From: an uncultured Gammaproteobacteria bacterium
Lineage (GTDB): Bacteria; Patescibacteriota; Patescibacteriia; UBA1558; GWA2-36-10
Length of the DNA stretch: 62,020 bases
Assembly: GCA_964540095.1 (NCBI GenBank)
Contig: CAZILH010000002.1
Coordinates: 1 to 62,020, forward strand
Direction of reading: 5' to 3'
Shown here: piece after piece, positions 7,475 to 16,437 of the stretch
Numbering within the stretch: the first letter of the stretch is position 1
How the letters are laid out: each line of letters begins with the position of its first letter
Position numbers and translations under genes: made by a program
Notes under the pieces: generated by a model
Told to the model about the DNA's origin: nothing
Seen by the model: only the letters and a program-made list of their open reading frames with translations
The model's database searches: none

Positions 7475-8206
7475 ATGCGTTTTTTCTATTTTATTTTATA
7501 TATCGCTATATTTATTTTTCCAATTATAGTTCAAGCTCAAGTGTCAGATATAGATACTGATAATGACGGTCTGACTGACGAGCAAGAGCTGAACATTTAT
7601 TTTACTGATCCCAAAAATCCAGACACAGATGGTGATGGTTATTTGGATGGTGAAGAAGTAAAAACCAGTTATTCACCACTTTTTGGTGATAAGAAAAAAT
7701 TAATTCAAGTTGATTCAGACAAGGATTATCTTAACGATGCTTGGGAAATTATTTTGGGTACGGGATTGATGAATCCTGATTCTGATTATGATAAGTTTCT
7801 TGATGGTACAGAAGTGGCGGCTGGTTATGATCCATTAGATTCACAACCAAATAAGCTACCAAAAATTATAAAAGTAAATTTAGCTAAACAAAATTTAACA
7901 TACACTTTTGGAGAAAAAACATTGGGCTCGTTTCCCATTTCCTCGGGAGTAAAAAAACTACCCACACCGCGGGGTAGTTTTACCGTATTATCAAAAATTC
8001 CAGTCAAGCGTTATCTGGGGACCAACTATGACTATCCTAACACCAAATGGAATTTGTCATTCAAAAATGGCTACTATATCCATGGTGCTTACTGGCACAA
8101 CAAATTTGGTCAAACCATGAGTCACGGTTGCGTCAATGTGGCTTATGAAAATATGGAAGCGCTTTATTGGTGGGCGCAAATTGGCACGCCAGTAATTATT
8201 GAGTAA
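7475..8206 (+). CDS. L,D-transpeptidase (YkuD domain) with N-terminal thrombospondin-type-3-like Ca-binding repeats
   Basis: IHGAYWHNKFGQTMSHGCVNV catalytic motif. DTDNDGLTDEQE and DTDGDGYLDGEE repeats. Signal peptide present. Confidence 0.8.
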   Translation: MRFFYFILYIAIFIFPIIVQAQVSDIDTDNDGLTDEQELNIYFTDPKNPDTDGDGYLDGEEVKTSYSPLFGDKKKLIQVDSDKDYLNDAWEIILGTGLMNPDSDYDKFLDGTEVAAGYDPLDSQPNKLPKIIKVNLAKQNLTYTFGEKTLGSFPISSGVKKLPTPRGSFTVLSKIPVKRYLGTNYDYPNTKWNLSFKNGYYIHGAYWHNKFGQTMSHGCVNVAYENMEALYWWAQIGTPVIIE

Positions 8207-8207
8207 A

Positions 8208-8534
8208 TTATTTTTTTGCTTTAAGTCGGGGAGTTTTAAATATTGGTAATTCAGCTTGTTGGCCAAGAAATTTCTTGGCCATTTTTTTGCCAGCGGGCGT
8301 GAGCTTGATATGAGTGATAAATAATTTGTGCTGGGTCTTTTGACCAAAGCCCACTAAGTAGCCCTGATTGATTAAACGCTCCAAGCTCTTGGTAATGATA
8401 TTGGCTTGCAGTTTTGTGCTGGGGGTCTTTTTTTTATTGCTATAATATTGAGTCAGCACAGAGCGGCTTAAGCGATTTTTAGTATTTTCACCAGTTTGCC
8501 TAATAATGTATTTTTGTAAGGGAGAGAAGGGCAT
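8208..8534 (-). CDS. Small basic protein, possibly a winged-helix DNA binder
   Basis: 108-aa Lys-rich ORF. The function is a guess. Confidence 0.4.
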   Translation of the reverse strand: MPFSPLQKYIIRQTGENTKNRLSRSVLTQYYSNKKKTPSTKLQANIITKSLERLINQGYLVGFGQKTQHKLFITHIKLTPAGKKMAKKFLGQQAELPIFKTPRLKAKK

Positions 8535-8578
8535 AGTTGTAATATATATAAGTATTATGGCACTTCTGTATAATTTGG

Positions 8579-8708
8579 CAAATAAATTTAATTTGCGGGG
8601 TCATAAATGTTAATCGGAAATTTATAAAATTTAGCATAAATTTATTAATTGTTAGTAATTAAATTTAAGATTTTATATTAATAAAATTTAAAAATTTATT
8701 TAACAAGT
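8579..8708. repeat. About 130-bp AT-rich intergenic element, copy B
   Basis: It aligns by eye with 6320-6445, sharing aaataaatttaattt.. and ..taattaaatttaagatttta..atttatttaac. My rough estimate is three-quarters identity. Same orientation as copy A. Confidence 0.6.
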
Positions 8709-8835
8709 CAAATTTATTTTTTGCGATTTTGTTAGCGTTTACCCTGTGGATAAGTCGGGTGTTTTGACAATTCTTCACATTTCCCAGAAAATATGCTATA
8801 TTTCTAGTGGTAATTAATAATTAACCAATAAATAG

Positions 8836-9117
8836 ATGGCCAAGATGACTAAATCACAATTGCTCGAGGCATTAGCCAATAAGAGCGAATTGTCAAAAAA
8901 GCAGGCAAAAATTGTTTTGGATGTTCTCGTGGAGTTGGCTTACAAAGAAGTCAAAACCAATGGAGAGTTTTCCATGCCTGGTATGGGTAAACTAGTTAAG
9001 AAGCATAGAGCAGCCAGACAAGGCAGGAACCCTGCGACCGGCGCTACTATCAGCATTCCAGCCAAGACTGTGGTGAAATTCAGAGTTGCCAAAGCCGCTA
9101 AGGATGCAATCTTATAA
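8836..9117 (+). CDS. hup: HU-family DNA-binding protein
   Basis: LVELAYKEVKTNGEFSMPGMGKLVKKHRAARQGRNPATGATISIPAKTVVKFRVAKAAKDAI. Confidence 0.9.
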   Translation: MAKMTKSQLLEALANKSELSKKQAKIVLDVLVELAYKEVKTNGEFSMPGMGKLVKKHRAARQGRNPATGATISIPAKTVVKFRVAKAAKDAIL

Positions 9118-9135
9118 GGTATTTTGAGACTTATT

Positions 9136-9166
9136 AAATCCAGCCCTTCTTAAAAGGGCTGGATTT
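9136..9166. terminator. Bidirectional terminator hairpin
   Basis: Stem aaatccagccc / gggctggattt, located between convergent genes. Confidence 0.65.
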
Positions 9167-11309
9167 ATTTTAGATAGAGATAGACCATATTAGCGCCATT
9201 GGCTATGGGTATTATTTCATCAGCGCTAGCACTAGCTTGCTGGTTGGCAGATTTGCTGGAGTGCCAATAATTGTTTACTACTAGGTATAGGCGTTTTACT
9301 TGGGCTTTGTCCATGGCTTGCTTAGCTGTTTGACGACTAGCTTCACCCTCAATCATTGTCAAAAATTCTTGATAGATATTGTTGTTGCCCAAGGGCATAG
9401 AATAGAAAAAATTATCATTATAATAATTAGCAAAGCCAAGTTCGTGAATAGCGGCCGCACCAACCATTTGATTGGCTAGAACCACATAGGGTTCACCTTT
9501 GGCGTCTGCTTCAATATATTGGACAGTTTGTAGATCAGCCGCGGTCACATTGGCGCTTTTGGTGTTTAAATAACGGTCATAGACAGGATAAGAAAAATAA
9601 GTACTGACTAAGAGCGCCAGAGTGACAATGACTGAGATCCAAACACCATTTATTATGGTCGGCTGTTTTTTGATGTAATGATGGAATAAGTAATAAAAGG
9701 TTGTTAAAAAAATCGGCAAAGCGCACAAAGCAATTAAAAAAAGAATGCGATTGGGATAGTCGTCTTTTTGGTAAGAAATTTGTAGATTAAAATTAATAAA
9801 ACTTTTGGTCAAGATATAGTTGCTGAGCAAGATGCCCAGTAGAATCAGTTGATTCCTAAAAAAAGTAATTTTGTGGTTGGCTAGTATGAGGTAGAGCCCT
9901 ATGATGGCAACCATAAAGTAAATTAGAGCCATATTTTGTCCTATATTGTGTAGCCAGTCAAAAGGAAAATCATAATTTTGTACCCAAGTGGCTGTCAAAT
10001 TTGGCCAGGGCCACTTCAGTGGTTGGTTGATGATATTATTAATCGGCACACCATTGACCCACTGATAAACTCCCAAGAAAATTGGTAGGGTAATTGCGGA
10101 AAAAGAGTAAATAATAATATTAATTATTTTTTTTAAATTTCTTGATTTTAATAAATAATCAAAAGATAAAATAAAAGCCATAAAAAATAGAGGAATACCA
10201 GAAATAGGATGGATGGTCAGAGCTATGAGGGCCAAAATAAAACTAAACCAAAATGGTATTTCATTTTTTCTAAGTTCGGGAGCAATAAATACCACCAAAA
10301 CCATAAAAAGAAATGATACGCTTTGCGGGCTGGTCATAATAAAATAACTAAAGCCAACCAAGGAGCTTAACAAAACACCCAAATAGCTCATGCGGTAGGA
10401 CCACTTGAAACTGTGGCGTAAGCCATAAAATATACTGCTCGGCCAGAGCAAAGAAAATAACACGGGTAATAATAATTTATTCACTGCCAAGACATCGACT
10501 TGCCATAATTTGCTCAAAAATAAACTCAAGCCATATTGACCAACATAGATATAGAGGCGGGGCTGTATAGTGCCAGTATCTTCAATAATTTTTAAAGTGG
10601 CACCATGTATAAAAGAGTCATAGCCATAGCCCAAGCGATACAGGATAAGTGCTATACTGCTCAGTAGTAAAAAGTGCGCTACAATCAAATAAATATTTTT
10701 GCTACTTTTTTTGTTCAAAATAGTCCAGACCAAGGCCAAATTACTTATTCCCAATAGCCACCAGAATTTGAAGCTGACCAGTTCCCAAGGAGAGCGGATC
10801 AGGCCAGAGCTGGCCTTGTGGAATAGATAGTAGACCAACAAGGCGTCAATAAGTAAAACTAAGCAGGGGAGAATCAAATTTTTCCAATTATTTGGTTGCC
10901 AAATTTTTAAGCTAAAATTTTCTAGAAAAATATGCTCTTTTTTACCAAAAAAGGAAAGTAGTTCTATAACTAGCGGTATGGTGAGTAGGGTCAGTAAAAA
11001 AACAGCTAAGTTTATTTTGTAAAGATGGTAGGCGATGGTGTAAGTGGCGCAAACCACAGCCATGATCAAAAGCAGGCCAAAGAGATTTTTTAATCCCTGA
11101 TGGACTCGGGGGAAAAATATATCGGCCGCTTTTTTGCTGTTGTACCACAAAAAAATCACTCCTACTATAATTCCCAAAACCGTTGATTTGAATAAAAAAA
11201 TATTGACCAAAATTAAGATCAATAATAGTATTTGCCAGGCATTATGTTGTGGTCGGCTGAAAGTAAGCATCTTGGAAATTGATTGGAAATTTGCACGCCG
11301 CCGCATCAA
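9165..11309 (-). CDS. Large polytopic membrane protein (about 700 aa) with a C-terminal soluble domain. It may be a GT-C-like glycosyltransferase. The start is uncertain.
   Basis: More than 15 hydrophobic segments. An alternative start is M14 at 11270. Confidence 0.6.
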   Translation of the reverse strand: MMRRRANFQSISKMLTFSRPQHNAWQILLLILILVNIFLFKSTVLGIIVGVIFLWYNSKKAADIFFPRVHQGLKNLFGLLLIMAVVCATYTIAYHLYKINLAVFLLTLLTIPLVIELLSFFGKKEHIFLENFSLKIWQPNNWKNLILPCLVLLIDALLVYYLFHKASSGLIRSPWELVSFKFWWLLGISNLALVWTILNKKSSKNIYLIVAHFLLLSSIALILYRLGYGYDSFIHGATLKIIEDTGTIQPRLYIYVGQYGLSLFLSKLWQVDVLAVNKLLLPVLFSLLWPSSIFYGLRHSFKWSYRMSYLGVLLSSLVGFSYFIMTSPQSVSFLFMVLVVFIAPELRKNEIPFWFSFILALIALTIHPISGIPLFFMAFILSFDYLLKSRNLKKIINIIIYSFSAITLPIFLGVYQWVNGVPINNIINQPLKWPWPNLTATWVQNYDFPFDWLHNIGQNMALIYFMVAIIGLYLILANHKITFFRNQLILLGILLSNYILTKSFINFNLQISYQKDDYPNRILFLIALCALPIFLTTFYYLFHHYIKKQPTIINGVWISVIVTLALLVSTYFSYPVYDRYLNTKSANVTAADLQTVQYIEADAKGEPYVVLANQMVGAAAIHELGFANYYNDNFFYSMPLGNNNIYQEFLTMIEGEASRQTAKQAMDKAQVKRLYLVVNNYWHSSKSANQQASASADEIIPIANGANMVYLYLK

Positions 11310-11529
11310 GCCACGATGCTCGACACTTAGGGAAGGATAGCGGCCTATAAAAAAGTTTAATTTGTTAATTAAAGTTTGCTTTGGCGTGCGAGATGTGGTT
11401 ATATCAAACTTTATAATTAAATCGGCAAGACCCGATGCTTAACATTGGGGTAGAGCTAATTTATTGACAGGTATATTTTACGCTTTTTTAGCCCTTCTGT
11501 AAACCAAGAACTTCTGCTAAAATATAGCT

Positions 11530-12033
11530 ATGAAATTAAGGAAAATCTCCATTGTTTTATTGTTTCGGGGTTTGTGGATAATTTTGGCCATGGCTTTGCT
11601 GCTTTTTGTCATTTCCCGCAACATTTATACTGGTCGCATTTTGGCTTACAAAATTGACTTTGAGGACAACAGCACCCCTAATTATCGTGGCTGGTATCCA
11701 AATACTAGGACTAGCTATGATTTTAATGATCAAAAACTCTACATTCAGGGCGAACCCGTCTATCTCAAGGTCTATTTGCCGACTAAATTTGATGTTATGT
11801 CCGTCAAGGGTTCGTGGAGTATGTCTAGCTCTACTGTGCGGCTTGGCCTGAAGCAGGCGGATGATTCTTGGTTTTATAAAGATATGGACCAGAGTGTTTG
11901 GTCAGCTAATTTTGACTTGCAACAAGCCAAAATATACCGTAAGCAAATAGAGCTAATGATTTCCATTCCTGATTACAAGGCAGAAGAAAATATATATTTA
12001 GATAACAATTGGCAGATAGAATTCAAAAAATGA
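11530..12033 (+). CDS. Hypothetical membrane-anchored protein (167 aa)
   Basis: N-terminal TM segment. Preceded by TGcTAAAAT-N6-ATG. Confidence 0.6.
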   Translation: MKLRKISIVLLFRGLWIILAMALLLFVISRNIYTGRILAYKIDFEDNSTPNYRGWYPNTRTSYDFNDQKLYIQGEPVYLKVYLPTKFDVMSVKGSWSMSSSTVRLGLKQADDSWFYKDMDQSVWSANFDLQQAKIYRKQIELMISIPDYKAEENIYLDNNWQIEFKK

Positions 12034-12206
12034 ATAATAGAAAAATAATAATCAAAGATTTTTTTAATACAGCTTTTATTACTTGGCTGTTGCTTTTGGT
12101 TTATGAATTATTAAGCCCCGGAGCAGTACAACGCTACATAAATTTAGAATATTATTTTTATTTTTTGTTGTTAATTTTTGTGTTTCGTCAAATTTTAAAA
12201 TTTTAA
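12030..12206 (+). CDS. Small two-TM membrane protein
   Basis: ATGA start/stop overlap with the upstream gene. Starts MNNRKIIIKDFF... Confidence 0.45.
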   Translation: MNNRKIIIKDFFNTAFITWLLLLVYELLSPGAVQRYINLEYYFYFLLLIFVFRQILKF

Positions 12207-12237
12207 TTAATTCCACATTTTGTGGTATAATATAGCT

Positions 12238-12318
12238 ATGTATAAAAAGACCAAGGTTGCTTTGAAGAAGCAGAGAAAAAATAAAGGAAAAAAAGTTTCT
12301 AACGTGCGTTATCGTTAA
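12238..12318 (+). CDS. Candidate 26-aa highly basic peptide (leaderless)
   Basis: TGgTATAAT-atagct-ATG. Product: MYKKTKVALKKQRKNKGKKVSNVRYR. Confidence 0.3.
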   Translation: MYKKTKVALKKQRKNKGKKVSNVRYR

Positions 12319-12325
12319 GACTAAA

Positions 12326-13648
12326 ATGGAAAAACAAAAACAAAAAATGTACGTGGTGGCTGTCGATATGGGGTATGGCCATCAGCGTGCGGCCTATCCG
12401 TTTATAGCTTCCAGCCAAAACGGTGTTATTAACGCTAATCATTATGCGGGCATTAGCCGTCGTGAAGAGAGATCCTGGAATAGTGGACGTTTTTGGTACG
12501 AATTAATTTCTCGTTTTAAAAATGTTCCCTTGATTGGCAGTCTTTCTTTCAAAATCATGGATCATTTCCAGGAGATTGATCCTTTTTATCCTAAGCGTGA
12601 TTTATCAAAGATTTCTCAACAATTGGTTTGGTTTTATAAAAAAGTCAAAGATGGTCTGGGTAAAGCGTTAATTGATGAATTAAACAAAAAACCCCTGCCA
12701 TTTTTGACTACTTTTTTTGTGGCCGCTTATTTTGCCGAATATCACGGCTATAAAGATAAGATATATTTGGCTGTTTGTGATGCTGATGTGGCTCGGGCTT
12801 GGGCTCCAGTCAATCCTTCCAAAAGCCGTATAATATATTTGGCGCCAAATAAAAGAGTAAAAAATAGATTAAGACTTTATGGTGTCAGAGAGAGTCATAT
12901 TTATGTGACTGGTTTTCCTTTGCCCAAGGAAAATATCGGTGGCTATAAGTCCAATATTTTGCGGCATGATTTGAAAGCGCGTTTATACAATCTTGATCCC
13001 AGGGGAGTTTATCGCAAAAAATACGCCAAAGTCATAGAAGATTATTTGTGTCCAGTCAGAGAAATAAAAAAGAAACATCCTTTGACTATTACTTTTGCGG
13101 TCGGTGGTGCTGGCGCCCAAAGAGATATTGGGGTGATGATACTCCAGCGTCTGAAAAAACACTTGAAAAAAGGTAAAGTCAGGTTAAATTTAGTGGCTGG
13201 CGCTCGCAATGATGTTTATTTATATTTTGAAAAGGCCTTGAAATACAACAACTTGGCCAACACCAAGAATGTACGCATTATTTACGCCGAAGATAAAGTA
13301 GAGTATTTCAAAATTTTTAATGAGGCCTTACGCACTACTGATGTTTTGTGGACCAAGCCCTCGGAGCTGACTTTTTATTGTGGCTTGGGTATACCAATCA
13401 TTATTTCTGAGCCAGTGGGTTCCCAAGAGCAGTACAACAGGGATTGGCTATTCAATATCGGCGCGGGTATTGATAGTCCAGATCCTCGTTATGTTGATGA
13501 GTGGTTGTTTGATTTTTTGGATTCGGGCTGGCTAGCCGAAGCCGCTATGGAGGGCTTTTTGGATGCACCCAAACACGGTACCTATAATATTGAAAATATA
13601 GTTTTACGCGGTAAAATCACGGAAATAGACGAGGTGCATTTGCTCTAA
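12326..13648 (+). CDS. Glycosyltransferase-fold protein (MurG/MGDG-synthase-like, GT28-type N-terminus)
   Basis: YVVAVDMGYGHQRAAYPF N-terminal motif. GGAGAQR in the second half. Confidence 0.5.
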   Translation: MEKQKQKMYVVAVDMGYGHQRAAYPFIASSQNGVINANHYAGISRREERSWNSGRFWYELISRFKNVPLIGSLSFKIMDHFQEIDPFYPKRDLSKISQQLVWFYKKVKDGLGKALIDELNKKPLPFLTTFFVAAYFAEYHGYKDKIYLAVCDADVARAWAPVNPSKSRIIYLAPNKRVKNRLRLYGVRESHIYVTGFPLPKENIGGYKSNILRHDLKARLYNLDPRGVYRKKYAKVIEDYLCPVREIKKKHPLTITFAVGGAGAQRDIGVMILQRLKKHLKKGKVRLNLVAGARNDVYLYFEKALKYNNLANTKNVRIIYAEDKVEYFKIFNEALRTTDVLWTKPSELTFYCGLGIPIIISEPVGSQEQYNRDWLFNIGAGIDSPDPRYVDEWLFDFLDSGWLAEAAMEGFLDAPKHGTYNIENIVLRGKITEIDEVHLL

Positions 13649-13651
13649 AAT

Positions 13652-14998
13652 ATGATTATTGAACAAGCCAAAATTAATTGTTACAAAAGCATTAAGCAGT
13701 CCATACTGCTTAATCTTCATAAAATTAACATTATTATTGGCCAAAATAATTCAGGTAAAAGTAATATTTTGGACGCTATCCAGTTTGCCCTGCAAGCTCC
13801 GGGTCAAACCAGTAGTATTTTTTACGAAAAAACTGACTTGGAGCTCAAAGTTTTTTTTAATCCCGAGGAACAAAATAGATGGCAATTGCCTGAGCCGAGT
13901 GGTATTTTTGTTCAAAAAAAAAGCGATCGCGAATTAAAATTTACCAGGCAGACCTTGCCTTACAATAGCGCTTTAAGCAAAATATTGAGTCCGCAAGTCA
14001 AGAGATTGGACGAGGAGGCCTTTGCTAATTATCATCAGATTGAGATTGACTACCGCAGTTTGCAACACTTCCCAGGGTTTTATCTGCGTTTTCAGGAAAA
14101 TTTGAAAAAACATTTTCCCAAAATATTGGCCTCACATAATGCTTTGGATATCAATTATGAAGGTGACGGTCTTTATGAAGGGGACAGGCGAGTGACGATT
14201 GATCGCTTGGGTTCTGGTTTTCGGCGGATATTTATCATGTTGCTATATATTTTCCATCCCAGTTTTCAGCTAGTGTTGATCGATGAACCCGAAACCCATT
14301 TGCATCCGGCTTTGCAGGAGCGACTCTTGTGGGCTATGCAAAATAGCGATGCTGGGCAAATTATTTTTACCACGCATTCGCCGCTTTTTCTGACACCCAT
14401 GACTTTACCGCAAGTTGTGCGAGTAAGCAAAGATGAGAAATCAACCAAAGCATATGGCATTTCTCATGTTGGTGACACTCACGGCTATTATGATCCTCAG
14501 CGCTTACTGCAAGAGTTGAACGCTGACAATTTAGAAATGTTTTTTGCCGATGAAGTTGTCATGGTTGAAGGAATGTCCGACAAATTATTATTGCGCGGTT
14601 TGATTGATCATTTTTATGAGGGAGACAAGGATATAAAAGTTGTCCAGACTCATGGCAAGGGTAATATGAAAGTTTATATTGATCTTTTGAAAATGTTTGA
14701 AATACCATATCGCATTATCATGGATAGAGATGTTTTCAATCACGATGATTTGTTTGAATTACTGGCTCATTTGAAAATTCATCTGCCCAAGATGTCTCAA
14801 GATGAGCTTATTAAAGAGTTGAAAAAAAGTAATGTTTATATTTTTCCCAATGGCGACCTAGAAGCCAACTATCCAAGAAGATACCAAAAAGATAAAAGTA
14901 AATCGCTCAATGCTTTGCGAGCCGCCAATAGAATATCCCCAGAAGATTTTCTGTCAAACAACATGAGTAATTTGCGGGAAATAATAAATGGTTTGTAA
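13652..14998 (+). CDS. OLD-family nuclease (ABC-type ATPase fused to Toprim)
   Basis: Walker A GQNNSGKS. Walker B LVLIDEPETHLHP. TTHSP. Toprim EVVMVEGMSDK and IIMDRD. Confidence 0.8.
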   Translation: MIIEQAKINCYKSIKQSILLNLHKINIIIGQNNSGKSNILDAIQFALQAPGQTSSIFYEKTDLELKVFFNPEEQNRWQLPEPSGIFVQKKSDRELKFTRQTLPYNSALSKILSPQVKRLDEEAFANYHQIEIDYRSLQHFPGFYLRFQENLKKHFPKILASHNALDINYEGDGLYEGDRRVTIDRLGSGFRRIFIMLLYIFHPSFQLVLIDEPETHLHPALQERLLWAMQNSDAGQIIFTTHSPLFLTPMTLPQVVRVSKDEKSTKAYGISHVGDTHGYYDPQRLLQELNADNLEMFFADEVVMVEGMSDKLLLRGLIDHFYEGDKDIKVVQTHGKGNMKVYIDLLKMFEIPYRIIMDRDVFNHDDLFELLAHLKIHLPKMSQDELIKELKKSNVYIFPNGDLEANYPRRYQKDKSKSLNALRAANRISPEDFLSNNMSNLREIINGL

Positions 14999-15023
14999 AT
15001 TAAAAAAATCTAGCGGATGACTA

Positions 15024-15062
15024 GAAAAAAAGGGGGGGAGCCGACTGCGTAGTCGACTCCCC
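15024..15062 (-). terminator. Intrinsic terminator of high-GC cassette 3
   Basis: The minus strand reads GGGGAGTCGACT-acgc-AGTCGGCTCCCC followed by CCCTTTTTTT. Confidence 0.7.
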
Positions 15063-15228
15063 GTACAAGGAAGGTTCGAAGGCGTTTTTTGGGGGCCATG
15101 CTAAGGTTAGCCCTTACGGCTGGTCTCGCGGCATTTGGCGCCTCCCATGTGGGGTGGCAGCAGGTATCCGCGAGGCGTCGCTTCGCTACTCAACCGAGTA
15201 GGTGTTTGCCTCGCCAGCGCCGAGTTCG

Positions 15229-15345
15229 TCAGGCGGCTGCGTCGCCGATGTGGGCGTCGCTGCCGGTCGCCTTGGGGATCGTCGTCGAGATCGTCGTCGA
15301 GATGATTGTGGCCAAGTTGTTGTTCCTGAGCGCCAGCATAAACAT
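15229..15345 (-). CDS. Candidate 38-aa peptide with a tandem ISTT repeat
   Basis: Strong RBS: GGAGAAGGAGGAcagATG. Product: MFMLALRNNNLATIISTTISTTIPKATGSDAHIGDAAA. The repeat comes from a 12-bp tandem duplication. Confidence 0.45.
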   Translation of the reverse strand: MFMLALRNNNLATIISTTISTTIPKATGSDAHIGDAAA

Positions 15346-15403
15346 CTGTCCTCCTTCTCCCCGCGTATCGCAGGGTTAGTGTGGATTTTGTGATGTTGAC
15401 TGT

Positions 15404-15432
15404 AGGATATCACACTATTAAATATTTGTCAA
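15404..15432 (-). promoter_or_regulatory. Sigma70-type promoter for cassette 3
   Basis: The minus strand reads TTGACA-17 nt-TATCCT. Confidence 0.5.
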
Positions 15433-15495
15433 GGGGTTTAAGTAAAATATAATAAATTTTGGCTAATATTAGGTAAAATAATTAAATAATAATTT

Positions 15496-16434
15496 ATGAC
15501 TTGGTTAATAGTTGCTATAATTGCTTATATAGTCATGGCCGCAGTCAATGTGGCTGACAAATTTGTTCTAGAACACGTGGTTTCAGGGCCCAGAACTTAC
15601 ACTTTTCTGGTTGGCGCTTCTGGCGCAGCCGTTATAGTACTGGCGCCGTGGTTTTTGCAGTGGCCGGGCTGGGGTTTGTTTTTGTTTGATGTCTTGGTGG
15701 GCTCTTTTTTTGCGGCTGGTATATTTTTTCTTTATTCAGCGCTCAAAGGTCACGATGCTTCGCAGATATTTACTTTGGTCGGTGGCACAGTACCGATCTT
15801 TACGGTTATTTTATCAATAATTTTTTTCAAAGAAATATTTAGTACCAATCAGTGGCTGGCCATTGTCTATCTGATATTGGGTACTATGATTATCTCGGCT
15901 ATTTCGCCTCGGCACAGCATCTGGTATGAGGTCAAACATTTTTTACACATTGATTTTGATAAAAGATGGCACAGTATTTTGTTTTCTTTTATTTCGGCTT
16001 TATTTTTTGCCTTATTCTGGTTTGGCAGTAAAGTAGCTTACAATAGCCAGGAATTTTTAAGTGCTTTTATTTGGATACGCTTGGGTACTTTTTTTGCGGT
16101 GCTGTGTTTGTTGTTTAGTCCGCGCAATCGTCAAGGTATATTGGCTGATCTTAAGAAGTCAAAAGGCAAGAAGCAGAACAAATTTATTTTTCTTGGCACC
16201 CAAGTTGGCGGTGCTATTGGGTCGGTTTTACAGAATTACGCCGTGGCCTTGGGCTCGGTGGCTCTAGTGACTTCCTTACAAGGTCTGCAATATGGTTTGA
16301 TTTTGGCTTTTACTTATTTTATAACTATTTTTTATCCCAAAATTATCAAAGAAAAGCGTTCCAAAAAAATCATGGCTTACAAAATTATTGCTGCGGTGCT
16401 GGTAGCCATGGGTTTATTTTATATGTCTCAATAA
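15496..16434 (+). CDS. DMT/EamA-like polytopic membrane transporter
   Basis: About 10 TM segments in two halves. Confidence 0.5.
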   Translation: MTWLIVAIIAYIVMAAVNVADKFVLEHVVSGPRTYTFLVGASGAAVIVLAPWFLQWPGWGLFLFDVLVGSFFAAGIFFLYSALKGHDASQIFTLVGGTVPIFTVILSIIFFKEIFSTNQWLAIVYLILGTMIISAISPRHSIWYEVKHFLHIDFDKRWHSILFSFISALFFALFWFGSKVAYNSQEFLSAFIWIRLGTFFAVLCLLFSPRNRQGILADLKKSKGKKQNKFIFLGTQVGGAIGSVLQNYAVALGSVALVTSLQGLQYGLILAFTYFITIFYPKIIKEKRSKKIMAYKIIAAVLVAMGLFYMSQ

Positions 16435-16437
16435 ATT

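Noticed and set aside
11530-12033. UGA recoding (genetic code 25, as in some candidate phyla)
   Set aside because: Well-supported genes terminate at TGA (for example 12031-12033 and 33497-33499), and conserved genes give full-length products with the standard code.
15089-15413. ORFs 15089-15379 (+), 15186-15413 (-) and 15202-15393 (+)
   Set aside because: This is the same GC-induced artefact. None has a ribosome-binding site. The short minus-strand ORF at 15229-15345 sits right behind GGAGAAGGAGGA and between a promoter and a terminator.
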